A stretch of 64,000 nucleotides of DNA from Octopus vulgaris. Its lineage: Eukaryota. The DNA is taken from NCBI GenBank assembly GCA_951406725.2, contig OX597836.1, forward strand, positions 20,956,001 through 21,020,000, written 5' to 3'. The notes under the pieces are model-generated. The model did no database searches and had not been told where the DNA came from. It saw nothing but the letters and a program-made list of their open reading frames with translations. Position 1 is the first letter of the stretch, and each line of letters starts with the position of its first letter. Both the position numbers and the translations under genes were made by a program. Below, one piece after another: positions 24,270-37,998 of this stretch.

Positions 24270-24520
24270 TGATGATGTTGAGGAGGATGGTAGCGGTGGC
24301 AGCAGTATTGATGGTGATGATGCTTGCGGTGTTGGTGGTGGTGGTAGTGGTGTAGGTGGTCGTGGTGTTGAAGATGATGGTGTTGGCAGTGATGTTGTAG
24401 GTGGTGGCAGTGTTGATGATGACAATTGTGAAAGTGATGACAACAATGGTGATGATGATGATGATGATAATGAAAATAATGACAACAACTATGGTGATAA
24501 TGATGACAATGATGATGATC
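24270..24520. repeat. Degenerate (GAT/GGT)n array
   Basis: Direct read. Confidence 0.9.
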
Positions 24521-25833
24521 AAACTGAGATTAAGTAAGGCATCAAAACTTAGAAGTGAACAAAAGAACCTTTATGAAATCAGGCTAGAAATACAAGTAGA
24601 ACTTCTATTAAAGTACAGCCTACAAACTTTAAAAAGAAAAAAAAATACAAGTAATTATCATGACTGGGATATCTCTGATCATAGATCTGCTTGTTCAGAG
24701 TAACGATCACCATGAGCATAATAGCTCAGCCACTGGGCCATGCGACATCACAAGTGAAGTAACAACTCACTGGACCAACAAAATATTAGGTTTTCTTGAA
24801 GTATGCACCCGTGCACGCGCATATGCAGACATACACACACAAAAGCATGCACAAGCACGCACAAATGCAATGAGCATGCAAAGCACAATTGAAAGACCAT
24901 AATCCTAGAGGAGCTTAAGTCACACAAAAATCAATGTTGCCATGGTTTTAAGATGATCAAATTTAGTTTATCTTAAAAACCATAGAACAAACCTAATTGT
25001 ATATAATGAGATTTTGATTGCTGTTAGCTGCACTATATTTCGTGTGGGATGGATGGGTGGATGGATACATGCATACACACACACACTGCACACATAAGCT
25101 TATCATTATTTTATTAAATCTGGATTGTTCAAAAAGCAAATCTCTGCTAGATATTGAACTCTAGATAATGAAGAACAGATCTAAACTCCATAATGTATTT
25201 AACCTATCAACTAATAACGATAAAGCTTCCAGTTAAAAAGGATGATCCTTTGCATTGTGAGTTTAAAATCTTGTTACGGGTTAAATTTTGCTTAACATTC
25301 TTCTGGAGTTAATAAAATCAAGTATCAATTAAGTACTCAGATTGATATAATCAACTACACCCTTCCCCAAAATGTGTGACCTTATGCACAAGGCCTGAAA
25401 TTTGGGGGGAGTGGCTGATCAATTACATCGATCGCTATGCTTATATTACCGACCTCAAAAGAATGAAAGGCATTGTTGAGCCAGAGCAATTTGAACTCCG
25501 AATATAAAACTGTATGAAATGCCACTAAGTCCGGTGTGGTAAAAAAAATAAATTCATCAACACCTTATATATATAAAATCATTAATTATTTCAAGCATAA
25601 CACAAGACCACATACTTTGGAGATGTATACAAATTCATTTTATTGATCCTCAGTACTCAACTGGTACCTTATTTTTCCATACCCAGAAAGATGAAAGGTA
25701 AAGTTGATCTCAACAGTGTTTGTAATCAAAACAGAAATGTAAGCAGGTATTACATGATGCTAATAATAGTTTCCCATAAAGGTACAAGGCTAGAAGTTTG
25801 GAGAGAGGGGAAGTGGGAGTAGTCAATGGAAAT

Positions 25834-26166
25834 CAGGGGTTCTCAATCATTTTTTTATCTATGGACCTCTTTGATAACTATTTTATTTTGGTGGGCCCCC
25901 ATAGCTATTTTGATGTTTAAGACTAGTTTTATAGAAACTTCTTTCAAAATTCCTGTTTTTGTTTTTCCCACATTAACTTATATAGGTTGAACTATGTGAA
26001 ATGTTAGAAAAAGAAACCTAGCTGTTTCTTGCAATACATACCAATACATTCATCTAAAGAAAAATTTTCTTCAGGGGCCCTTAAAATACAATTGTGGTTG
26101 CACAGGTTACCATTGTGTTGTGTGGACCCCCGAAAATCTTACATGGAGCCCAGTTGAGAACTTACA
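25834..26166. mobile_element. hAT-type MITE, diverged
   Basis: Ends caggggttctcaa and cagttgagaac; subterminal ggacccc motifs. Confidence 0.65.
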
Positions 26167-27049
26167 AGTTAAATGATCCTCATACATGACTAGTACTTTA
26201 TTTTATTGACTAGCAAAGTTAAGCTGCACTGGGATTGAAGTCAGAACATTAATGAATACAACAGGGCAAAACTGAAAAGTCATTTTACGATTTTATAACA
26301 ACTGATGGCAGACCCTTACCACAGCATACACAGATGAGCAATGAAAGCCCCTAGAACTGAAGGGGGTTCTGAGAAGCTTCTAACGTATCTATGTTTCAAG
26401 AGGACACTTAACCTTGTATACTTCTATAATTCACTTCATCTATAATTAATTAGCAACTAATGAGGTAATATAAAGCCACTTCTATAACAACTTAAACAAG
26501 TTACCTAGAAATATAAACACACAGAAGTTTCTAGAAAGTATTCAGAAATATATTTTTATTATCATGTAAATAGTTGCAGGCAGGATGGACTGCATGACTA
26601 AGAAGTTTGTTACGCAATTACATAGTTCTGGGTTTGATCTCAATGGGTGTCAACTTTGGCATGTATCTTCTAAGACTATTGCCAGAAACTGACCTAAATC
26701 TTAAATGAAACTATGTAATTGTGTAGAGAGAATGTGTATGGGACCCCCGTCAAGTGGACATGGAACCTATTCTACAGTTGTGAACTTATTTCATTGCCTG
26801 ATTAAACACCATCACCTGGTTTTTGGAGGCTTTAATCCTTTAGTACAGTTTTTCTCAACATTTTTAATATCCAGGCCTGAAAAATTTATTATATTTATGA
26901 GGGAAGACTGTAACAAAAAACAGTAGAGTGATGGAATTTAATGTGAAACTTAATTTTGCTTTCAACTTTCAACTAGTTTGTTAAAACAAGGGCTCATGGT
27001 GGAAGACACAGTATGCAAAAGCTGGATGACATCATGGTCAATCAATCAG

Positions 27050-28394
27050 TTACAATATCTTGTTTTGATACCCACCAGTTTTCTGAAAAGTGTTTCACAC
27101 ACATGTTGACCTAAATACCAAGAAATTTTTATATGCTTTAACAATCAAATTAAGATATTTCCCATCCAGGTTTCAACTCCAGAAGTCCAGGAGCTCCATT
27201 TGAAATTTGTCAGAAGTGGTGAATGCATCCATCTCCATAGGTTCTTAAAATATTTTCCTCAAGGACAAAGAATCCTTGGTGTCATCAAAGCAGTGTTCAG
27301 ATTTGTCAATCAAGTTACTCCTGTGGTACTTATTGTATGACCTGTTAACCCTTGTGCTCAGAAAGTGATGAGAAATGGGTTTTAGTGTCCAGTGCAAGTA
27401 GAATCTTCCAAAGGTAAAAGCTTTGCAATGAAGGCAAACACTGTGCTGTAAAATTCATGGCAGAGCTTGTCCTTACCTTGTAGGTCATGGTACAAAGCCA
27501 AAAGGTGTGCAGTGATAATCAACAATGAAAGCCAAATTAGCAATCCATTCTTTGTTGCTAAGCTGAGGGAAGATTATCTTCCCTTCAGCTAAAGTTTTTT
27601 TTATTTCTGGGAGAAAATTGAAGAACCTATTGAGGTATGTGGCATGGCTTAACCATCAAACAGTGGTGTACAAGAGCACATCTCCATAGCCAGAATCAAT
27701 ATCCACTAGGAACTACTTAAGATTACAATGGTTCAGGACTTTTACTCAAATTCAATTTATGACTGAAATTGCAGCTTGTCACAATGGCCATTTTCAGTGA
27801 CTTAGCAACGATATTTACCTGATGTATAATGCAGAAGAAAGGTTCTCTGCTTGCCATCTGACAACTAGTCCCTGAAGATTTTGTTTCTGTCCAAGCATAG
27901 AAGAACCTCCATCTGTGGCAATGAAGATAGCTTTGATGGATCCAAAAGTACTTGTTGATGGCTTGCACAAAATTCACAGAACATACCTGTCCCTTTTGTT
28001 GAGTCATGAATGGAACACAATGTAAGAAATTCTTTATAAATCTGGAAGTCTGGCATGACTCCCCTGATGAACACAGCTAATTGCTCTGTATCGGTAATAT
28101 CTTTTGTGCTGTCAAAATTGATAGGGTAGCAAATAAAATCCATCAACTTACTAAGAAGCTGATCATGTAGATCATTAGATATGCATTCAGCTCAAGTTAC
28201 TGTGTCTTGCTGAGCTGCATTTTCTTAGCTTTTTGCTGAATGCTAGAACAACATTCTTCTGGGAACATAGCTATAACCTGTTTCAAGATTTCGCCATCTG
28301 AATATGGCATCAAGTGGCAAACCAGAAGGTGACTAATCCTGTATGATGCCGATGTTACATCTTTAGAATCACTTATATGTCTGAAGAAATTCAT
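27050..28394 (-). pseudogene. Decayed hAT transposase (Charlie/SPIN/GTF2IRD2-like)
   Basis: DSTKDITDTEQLAVFIRGV (DE.TD...QL..F.R motif), FCIIHQ (CxxH), YGDVLLYTTV*WLSH (RWLS motif with a stop); multiple frameshifts. Confidence 0.9.
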
Positions 28395-28397
28395 TGA

Positions 28398-28618
28398 TTC
28401 AGCATATATACTGGCTATATCTGGCCCAAATATTCTACCTTTTCAAATTGACCAGATGAAGCCTCTCATATCTATCTACCCAACAATGTCATTCTAAAAA
28501 TAAACAATCATATCATCAAAGTTTCAAAGCTACAAGATAATGATGCATGATTAATTCACAACAATGTAAATAAACAAGCATTATATATGACAGAATAATC
28601 TGAATTTTAAAGGGTTAA
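28398..28618 (+). mobile_element. piggyBac-type MITE, diverged; adjoins the truncated end of the hAT remnant
   Basis: Ends aaagggTTAA; colinear with 44326-44472. Confidence 0.7.
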
Positions 28619-29496
28619 CAGACTTAACTCTGCTGCAAACATTTGGACCAGGACCTCAGTGTAAGGACAGAATAACTAAATATCTTGATGTATTACATCC
28701 TACTATAGTAACTCATCTGACTTATTTCTTCCTCTGTTTTTTTAATATCATTCATGGAGGCCCAACAAAAAGGTCAAGGTTGCTACCTTCCTTCCCATCT
28801 AAGACTAAAGTATAAAAAGATATTTTTCAGACACTCATGTCAGCACGGAAGCTGGATTTTAAACAATGATAATGATGATGATGATATTAACCTTGAATAA
28901 TTTAATGCAAAGGTTAGTCAAATGTATCTCATAATTTGTGATAAACGGAAGTTATTCATCTATTCTTCCCTGCTAACAAAACTTGTAATAATTACAAAAA
29001 GCAAAAACAAACAAAAAAAGATGAAAAGGTAAAAAAGAAAAATATTGAGAAAAGAAGAGAAAAGTTAAAGGGATGAGGAGTGAGCATAGCCAGACGAGGA
29101 AAAAATAAGAAGAATATCTTTTAATGCTTGAAAAATGTAATTTAAAACAAAAAAAATTATTAAGCTAAAAAATTAGTTAAAATTTAAAATAAAATGAAAT
29201 GATTATCTGAAATGGTTCATTTCCTTAAGTCAACATTGTAGGTTCAATACTTGAGTAGTTGAAGGTTTTATTGGTTAGAAATTAAATTATGTAATTCAGT
29301 CAATTATTTCATTCATTGATTAAAATGAAAGGGGATCATGTTTACTAGATCGCTCATTGGTTGGTTGGTTGGTTGGTTGTCTGGTGGAAGTGGAGGAATC
29401 ATATTCAAGGACTAGCACTTTCTTAATAAAGATAGTGTTTTTTTTTTAATCAAAAAAATTCACAAAGAAACAAACACCTAGAAGAAATAAAGTTCA

Positions 29497-29862
29497 ACAG
29501 GCATAGGTGTGACTGTGCAGTAAGGAGTTTGCTTCCTAACCAAATGGTTACAGGTGCAGTCCCACTGTGTGGCACCTTAGAAAAGTGTTTCCTACTATAG
29601 ATTCGAGCTGACCAAAGTCTTCTGAGTGAATTTGGTAGATGGCTACAGGAATGCATTTGTGTGTGTGTGTGTGTGTGTGTGTCTTTGTGGTTGTCCCACA
29701 CCACTGCTTGACAACTGGTGTTGGTATATTTATGGCCCCATAACTTAGCAGTTCAGCATTAGATACGATAAATACTAAGCTTTAGAAATACATAGATACA
29801 CTAGAGTTGATTTGTTTGGTTAAAACCCTTCAAGGTGGTGTCCCAGCATGGCCACAGTCCAC
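29497..29862 (+). mobile_element. SINE family A, old copy
   Basis: Reverse complement of the family A blocks. Confidence 0.8.
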
Positions 29863-30043
29863 TCTTTAGTATTTCAAAATATTTTAATGTAATTTTGGTA
29901 AATATAACTGTTAAAATGAGATGTCAGTGTTATTTTCATTTTTGCATAATGGTCATTTTTGCATAATTTAGACGACAGTTTATTCACTGCACCCTATATA
30001 TTATATGCATGTGTGTTTGTGTGTATATTATATATGTATATAA

Positions 30044-30840
30044 GGTGCAGGTACGGCTGTGGGATAAGAAGCTTGTTTCCCATCCACATAGTCCTGGGTT
30101 CAGTCCTACTGCATGGCACCTTAGACAAGTACCTTCCACTACAGCCTCAGGCTGTCCAAAGCTTTGTGAGTGTATCTAGTATAATAGGAGCACTCCGTCG
30201 GTTACGATAATGAGGGTCCCAACTGATACGATCAACGGAACAGCTTGCTCGTGGAATTAACGTGCAAGTGGCTGAGCACTCCACAGACACGTGTACCCTT
30301 AACGTAGTTCTCGAGGAGATTCAGCGTGACACAGAGTGTGACAAGGTCGGCCCTTTGAAATACAGGTACAACAGAAACAGGAAAAAAGAGTGAGAGAAAG
30401 TTGTGGTGAAAGAGTACAGCAGGGTTCACCACCACCCCCTGCAGGAGCCTTGTGGAGCTTTAGGTGTTTTCGCTCAATATACACTCACAATGCCCGGTCT
30501 GGGAATCGAAACCGCGATCCTACAACCGCGAGTCCGCTGCCCTAACCACTGGGCCATTGCGCCTCCATGAATGTATCTAGTAGACAGAACCTGAATGAAG
30601 TGTGTGTGTTTCTCTTTCTCTCTCTTTATTTGTTCCCCACCACTGCTTGACAACTGGTATTGTGTTTATGTCCCTATAATTCAGTGGTTTGGCAAAACAA
30701 CTGATAGAATAAGGACCAGTCTTAAATAAAATTTAAAAAATGAAGAATGTAAGTACTGGGGTTGATTCATTTGACTAAATATTCCTCAAGGTGGTGCCCC
30801 AGCATGGCCGCAGTCTAATGACTGAAACAAGTAAAAGATA
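30044..30840 (+). mobile_element. SINE family A, old copy split by a family B insertion
   Basis: Head 30044-30180, remainder 30568-30840. Confidence 0.8.
30187..30566 (-). mobile_element. SINE family B
   Basis: Reverse complement of 15977-16343; TSD tga(g/a)tgtatctagta. Confidence 0.95.
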
Positions 30841-31137
30841 ATAGATACATACATACACACATTTAGATATATGCACATATATTTACATGTTTGTGTTTTT
30901 ATATATTAATACACTTATAAGAGATAATGGTGCCATTGAGACCCAAAGGTGTCAGGTAATGCTGAATAAGTGCTATAGACAGACCATAGTTAAGTTCCAG
31001 ATTCGGTAATATTGCGAATAAAGGGTTCAACATTGGTTCTATGTCAACATTGGTTCTTATATTAATATACTTACACATTTATATACATGCACACACATAC
31101 ATACATACATATATATATATACACATGCAAATAGCCA

Positions 31138-31367
31138 TAAGCACCAACCGATCGTGGCCGATGCCAGACCCCCCCTGGCACCTGTGCAGGTGGCACGTAA
31201 AAAGCACCCACTACACTCGCAGAGTGGTTGGCGTTAGGAAGGGTATCCAGTTGTAGAAACACTGCCAGATCAGACTGGAACCTGGTGCAGCCCCTGGCTT
31301 CCCAGACCCCGGTCGAACCGTCCAGCCCATGCTAGCGCGGAAAACGGACGTTAAACGATGATGATGA
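31138..31367 (+). mobile_element. RTE-associated SINE / non-autonomous element (family D)
   Basis: ggcgttaggaagggcatccag...ggacgttaaacgatgatgat tail; other copies near 36690, 38000, 43437, 43935, 49524 and 61435. Confidence 0.85.
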
Positions 31368-31719
31368 TATATATACATATATGCACAATACACAAATTTA
31401 CATACATCTATATAAACATATATACGCACAAATATGCATACATATACATCAATTACAAAAAATAATTTGATTATTCGTCACTCATCACAGCTGGAATCAC
31501 AGCACTTGGCAAAAGTACCAACTGCTTTAGTTGTTGCCATTCAAAGACATTAGCAATCAAAAATGCTCTTCTCAAAACTGAAAAATACATCAAACAATTT
31601 TCACTAATGTTAAGAAATTTTTCAAAATTAATTTTCAGTCTCTCCCAGTGCTTCTGTTTATTTTAGCATTAATCACAGAGAAAGGGGAGGAGAGAGATAG
31701 AGAGAGAGAGAGAGAGCGC

Positions 31720-31757
<38 letters not shown>

Positions 31758-32494
31758 ACGCGTACGTGCGTGTATTTCTAACATTTATAACAGCAAGAAC
31801 CACCAAGGCAATCCAAATTTTTTTTATTAAACATCTAAAGATTTAGATTTGGAAATATCTGCAAAGCTGAGAAATATGGATTTAATGATGTTTTTAACTA
31901 TGAAGGATGGAATTTGGCCAAAAGGAATGTTAAAACTTGATAGTTGAATGTGGGGAAAAAAAAACTTCTTTCCAAATCAAGCAACATTCACATCATTGGT
32001 TTCTGTCTCTCATTACATTTTTTTTTCTTATTTGTTTCAATCATTAGACTGTGGCCATACTGGGGCACCACCTTCGAAGATTTATAGTTGAATGTATTGT
32101 CCCCGGTACTTTCTTCTTTTTAAAGCTTGGTACTTATTCTATTTTTCCAAATTGCTAAGTTACAGGGATGTAAACAAACCAACACTGTGAAGTGGTGGGA
32201 GACAAACAAACACAAAAATATGCATGCATGCACACGCACACACACACACACACACACGCACACACACACACACACACCCTATGGGCTTCTTTCAGTTTCT
32301 GTCAACCAAATCCATTTACAAGGCTTTAGTCGACTCAATGCTATAATAGAAAACATTTGCCCAAAGTGCCACACAGTGGGACTGAACCCAGAACCATGTG
32401 ATTAGGAAGCAATGTTAAAAATATGCAACAAGAAGTACCCAAATATTGATGTTTCTTAAAAAGGTGCCATGAACTAAGAAAAGTGGTCAAAGAA

Positions 32495-32525
<31 letters not shown>

Positions 32526-32614
32526 TACACATACACACAATCATCATCACTATCTAATCTTTTCATTACTATATTTCTTTTGAAATACGTAGCCTTTCTT
32601 TTCTTTTTTTATTT

Positions 32615-33010
32615 TTATTTGTTTCAGTCATTTTGACTGCGGCCATGCTGGAGCACCGCCTTTAATCGAGCAACTCGACCCCGGGACTTATTCTTTGTAA
32701 GCCCAGTACTTATTCTATCGGTCTCTTTTGCCGAACCGCTAAGTGACAGGGACATAAACACACCAGCATCGGTTGTCAAGCAATGCTAGGGGGACAAACA
32801 CAGACACACAAACATACACGCACATACATATATATATACATACATTCGACGGGCTTCTTTCAGTTTCCATCTACCAAATCCACTGACAAGGCTTTGGTCG
32901 GCCCGAGGCTATAGTAGAAGACACTTGCCCAAGGTGCCATGCAGTGGGACTGAACCCGGAACCATGTGGTTGGTAAACAAGCTACTTACCACACAGCCAC
33001 TCCCGCGCCT
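32615..33010 (-). mobile_element. SINE family A, young
   Basis: Near-identical to 9535-9959. Confidence 0.95.
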
Positions 33011-33461
33011 TTGTTTTAATTAATTTTTAAAATAATGAAAAAATGTATTGAAGTAACATGATCATTATTAAACTGGGTTTGGGAATATAACATTAAATCT
33101 TAATGAAAGGTTTTAATTTAGATCACTTCAAAACTGGAAATTGATATGATAGCACCAAGGGCAGTCTGAGCCAGGTTTGTATCAAAAGGGTGAACACCCT
33201 TCTTCCTTGCTGACATGAATTGGATAGTTTGACAGAAGCCAATGAACTGGAGGACTGTATCAAGCTACAAAGGCTGTTTTGGCATGGTTTCTATGATTGG
33301 GTGAGAATCCTAATGCCAACTACTTTACAAAGTATATTGGGTACACTCTAATTCAATGCACTTCTCTCTTATTTCCTCTCTTTCTATTTCTATCTTTCTT
33401 TCTTTCTTTCATATGTTCTCAGTCCAAACTCTCATAACTTCATACTTAGTAAGCACATATA

Positions 33462-33693
33462 CCTATTTCTTTACTACCCACAAGGGGCTAAACACAGAGC
33501 AGACAAACAAGGACAGACATAGGTATTAAGTCGATTACATCGGCCCCAGTGCGTAACTGGTACTTAATTTATCGACCCCAAAAGGATGAAAGGCAAAGTC
33601 GACCTCGGCGGAATTTGAACTCACAACATAACGCAGACGAAATACCGCTAAGCATTTTGCCTGGCGTGCTAACGTTGCTGCCAGCTCGCCGCC
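33462..33693 (-). mobile_element. SINE family C, full length
   Basis: Reverse complement of the 22857 monomer. Confidence 0.93.
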
Positions 33694-34761
33694 TTATACC
33701 ACTCCTCTATGTGCCTGTATTTCTTGGTTCCTCATTTCTCATTCCATACTCCTTCATCTCTCTCTCTCTCTCTCTCTCAGTTCTAGTCCATATTCCCCTC
33801 CTCTCTGTCTTAGATCTAGTCTCATACTCCTTCCTCTTCCCACTCTCCTCATCAACTGTAGTCCCATACCTGTTCCTCTCATTCTCTCACCCCTCTCAGT
33901 TCTAGTCCCATTTCCCTCCTCTCTCCACTGTCTCTCAGGTCTAATTCCATACCCCTTGCTATCCCTTTCTCTCGCTCTTCCTTTCTCTCTTAGTTCTAGC
34001 CGAAGTTAGTCCTCCTATGCTTCATTACTTACCATCAAATCACCAATTCATGAAACAGACTCCTTTATAGCATGACACTGTAACATCCATTTCTTCCTGT
34101 CCAAATGATTGATTACAGCTTTCTCCAACCTACTAATTTACTATATGACTACCATAGCAATATACATCACCAATGAGGGAGCTTTAACATAATCTCTCAA
34201 CCTACTAGAAATAGCAGCTCAATCTCCTTCGAATCACACTCAAATGAAGGATACACTGATATGCAAAAAGACAGGATGGTCATGGTTGGAACACCTTTCA
34301 TTACATGTCATCTTCATCAAGGCTGACTTGGGACTAAACAACAACAGCCACAATGATAAATGTAAGTATGGCTGAATGGTTAAGAAGTTTGCTTCACAAT
34401 CACAAGCTCCAAGGTTCAATTCAAATGCATGACCTCCAGGAAAAGTGCCTTTTACAACAGCCTTGTATCAACCCAAACCTTGAGAGAGAAGGAAGATGAA
34501 TGGAAACGATGTGGAAGTCCATTTTCTGTAGCCTCGGGTGAGTGAAACCAGGTAAACAGAAACTGTATGGAATCCGGTCAGGTGGATTATACCTGTATTT
34601 TTGGAATTTAAAGGTTTCAGCCTTATACAATCTATCATGATAACTCTACCTGAATTACATCAATACACATCTTTGGAATACTCAACTACTTAATACTATT
34701 TTTATGAGCTTCATCTGAAAAAAGATGGAATGGTCACAGCCGGAACATTTTGATCATATAT

Positions 34762-34993
34762 TTATTTCTTTAGTACCCACAAGGGGCTAAACACAGAGGG
34801 GACAAACAAGGACAGACAAAGGGATTAAGTCGATTATATCGACCCCAGTGCGTAACTGGTACTTAATTTATCGACCCCGAGAGGATGAAAGGCAAAGTCG
34901 ACCTCGGCAAAATTTGAACTCGGAACGTAACGACAGACGAAATACGGCTACGCATTTCGCCCAGGGTGCTAACGTTTCTGCCAGCTCGTCGCC
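34762..34993 (-). mobile_element. SINE family C, full length
   Basis: TSD ttttgatcatata on both sides. Confidence 0.95.
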
Positions 34994-35543
34994 TTTTGAT
35001 CATATATTCTCTGCTCAAAGAGCACTGAACTGGAGCTAAACAAGAACAACAACAAAACTCATTTCTCATTTCACTAACTTTCCCTGTCTCTTTTACCATA
35101 TGGGTTTAAGTCACTTGTATTCAGCTGACATATCCTCACCATTGTCATCCTCACCTATCATCATCATCAGCAACAGTCGTCATCATTGTTGTCATCATCA
35201 TCATTATCCTCAATAACATTGTCAATATCATCATCATAATAATAATAATAATAATGCTGATGATGATGATGATGATAGATAAAAACTTGTTTTGGTGAAG
35301 ATTTAATTATATTTAATGGAAGCACTTTCTGAAATTTTACTGAAAACTGCTTCAAACCCTTGAAAGTGTTCCTGATGGATGCTTCCTCCTCCATCACAGA
35401 TTAAATATAATCTCGATAACTTCAATTCGTCTATTACTTTTGAATGCAAAAAAAAAAAAAAAAAAAAAAAAAAACGAAATGCAACAAGTAAACATGGAAA
35501 ATGGAAGGGAAAGTAATTCATGAAGAGAACATGACAAATCAAT

Positions 35544-35927
35544 TGGAAGCACTCCGTCGGTTACGACGACGAGGGTTCCGGTTGATCCGTTCAACCGAAC
35601 AGCCTGCTCGTGAAATTAACGTGTAAGTGGCTGAGCACTACACAGACACGTGTACCCTTAACGTAGTTCTCGGGGATATTCAGCGTGACACAGAGAGTGA
35701 CAAGGCCGGCCCTTTGAAATACAGGTACAACAGAAACAGGAAGTAAGAGTGAGAGAAAGTTGTGGTGAAAGAGTACAGCAGGGATCACCACCATCCCCTG
35801 CCGGAGCCTCGTGGAGCTTTAGGTGTTTTCGCTCAATAAACACACACAACGCCCAATCTGGGAATCGAAACCGCGATCCTATGACCGCGAGTCCGCTGCC
35901 CTAACCACTGGGCCATTGCACCTCCAC
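35544..35927 (-). mobile_element. SINE family B
   Basis: 12-bp TSD tgacaaatcaat. Confidence 0.95.
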
Positions 35928-36048
35928 TGACAAATCAATAGTCACAGCCATACACACACACACACACACAAATTTACACATTTATACATACAATTCACTC
36001 CATGCCTGCATGGAAAAATGGTCAAAAAGACAGTGATGATGAGACTAT

Positions 36049-36095
<47 letters not shown>

Positions 36096-36656
36096 ATAAA
36101 TGCTAAAACAAGTTCATTTCATACTAATATATCATCAGCGTTTTAGCATCTACTTTTCCTTGCACACATGGGTCGGAAAGAATTTATTAAGGCAAGTTCT
36201 CGCTAATCCTCACCAATCCTCACCTGTTTCTAAGTAAAGTAATACTTCTTCCTGGTTAGACATGTCTCAGAAGAACGAAAACAAAGAACACCTTTTGCAT
36301 GGTGACAACACTTGCTTATAACTATCTTGTGATGTCATGGCAAGGTGACAGTAAAACACACACACACACATATAATTCATAAAGGAAATGGAAGATTGAT
36401 TTAGTATGAATCTTTATTGAGCATGACAATCATTTCGACCCATCCTGCATCTGTCTCATGGGGGTTGGGTATTGTGCATCTGGTTGCATTGCATCAATCA
36501 GTGCACTTCAAGTGCAGATTTCTTGATGTAGATCCAGTGAAAATTAATATCATTACTGTAGATGACATCAGGTAGCCCAAACAGTGAATGTGTTTTAATT
36601 GACATACTAATAGACATATATTCAAAGTCCAAGTAGTTATATATATATATATATAT

Positions 36657-37100
36657 CGGAATCGAAATTGAACCAATCCTATGACTGGCACCCGGCAGAT
36701 GCCAGGACCCCTGGACTGGAAATACGTAAAAAGCACTATCTGAATCGTGGCCGATGCCAGCGCCACCTCGACTGGCTTCCGTGTCGGTGGCATGTAAAAA
36801 GCACCATCCGAATCATGGCCGAAGGCAGTGTCGCCTCGACTGGCTTCCGTGCCGGTGGCACGTAAAATGCACCAATCCGACCGTGGTCGATGCCAGCCTC
36901 GCCTGGCACCAGTGCAGGTGGCACGTAAAAAGCACCCACTACACTCACGGAGTGGTTGGCATTAGGAAGGGCATCCAGCAGTAGAAACATTGCCAGATAA
37001 GACCGGAGCTTGGTGCAGCCTTCTGGCTTCCCAGATCCCCGATCGAACTGTCCAACCCATGCTAGCATGGAGAACGGACGTTAAACGATGATGATGATGA

Positions 37101-37103
<3 letters not shown>
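36657..37103 (+). mobile_element. Family D element with an internal roughly 60-bp tandem repeat
   Basis: Unit tggcacgtaaaaagcaccatccgaatcgtggccgatgccagcgccgcctcgactggcttccgtgccgg about 3.5 times, then the (GAT)n tail. Confidence 0.9.
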
Positions 37104-37147
<44 letters not shown>

Positions 37148-37150
<3 letters not shown>

Positions 37151-37607
37151 GGTGTGGTGAATAAATTGTCTAAATTATGCAAAAATGAAAATGATACTGA
37201 CAGCTCATTTTAACAGATATATTTACCAAAATTACATAAAAGTATCTTGAAATGCTAAAGAGTAAATTTATTCAATAACATTGCCATTGGCTTCAACCAC
37301 AGCTTCCATACAACTTCAGAATCTGATGCAACTCTTCTGGATGGTCTCTTTGTTTAAGTTGGTGAATGCTGCTATAATCCTTGCCTTTAGTTCATCTTTG
37401 ATGTTACAAAGAGTTTTGTTGGTCTCTCACTCAACTGTGCCCCACACATAATAATCAAGGGAGTTGCAGTCTGGAGAGTTGAGTGACCAGATGTTAGGGG
37501 TGATGTGGTTGCAGAAGTTGTGTGGCAAGGTGCAGAGTCCTGTTGCCAGACATAGCATGTTCCAGCAGCCACTCTCTTAACCCAAGACAGCACCTCCTCC
37601 AGACATT
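37148..37607 (-). mobile_element. Tc1/mariner (maT/DD37D-like) 3' end with transposase remnant
   Basis: TA-cagggtg terminus; YVWQQDSAPCHT and, in another frame, NSPDCNSLDYYVWG. Confidence 0.85.
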
Positions 37608-37961
37608 TGTAACCCATCCCGCTCAAAAGGTCCCTGAATAAGGGTTGTTTAAGGATGCTGAACAAAACACCCATGTTACCAGAGGTGAATTATTCAAACC
37701 CCAAAGAACTCCTCTCAACACATAGCTATGATGTTCCCTCACTACTTCTGCTCGTGATCAGAAATGCACATATTGTCAGCCATTAAGGGGCATGCTCAAC
37801 TGGTTAACGTCAAACAACTGACAAGCAAATCTGTGGTATTGAGCAGAATATTTGCTATAGCCCATCTTTTATACCAAGACAAAACAATGTACATGATAAC
37901 ACTTCCAATCAGTTAAAATCAGAAGCCATGAGAGCCACTGTCTGGTACAGCATCAGGGCAT

Positions 37962-37992
<31 letters not shown>

Positions 37993-37998
37993 TATTAT
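37608..37998 (+). mobile_element. Probable retroposon 3' end with (TTA)n tail
   Basis: Abruptly interrupts the transposase and ends catcagggcat(tta)n. Confidence 0.55.

Noticed and set aside
29378-35400. Long-range complementarity between 29378-29410 and 35368-35400
   Set aside because: Short and gapped, within chance expectation for purine/pyrimidine-biased sequence.
36474-36518. miR-33-like arm gtgcatctggttgcattgca in a short hairpin
   Set aside because: Seed differs from miR-33 (UGCAUUG), the stem is only about 17 bp, and it appears to lie in a repeat remnant.
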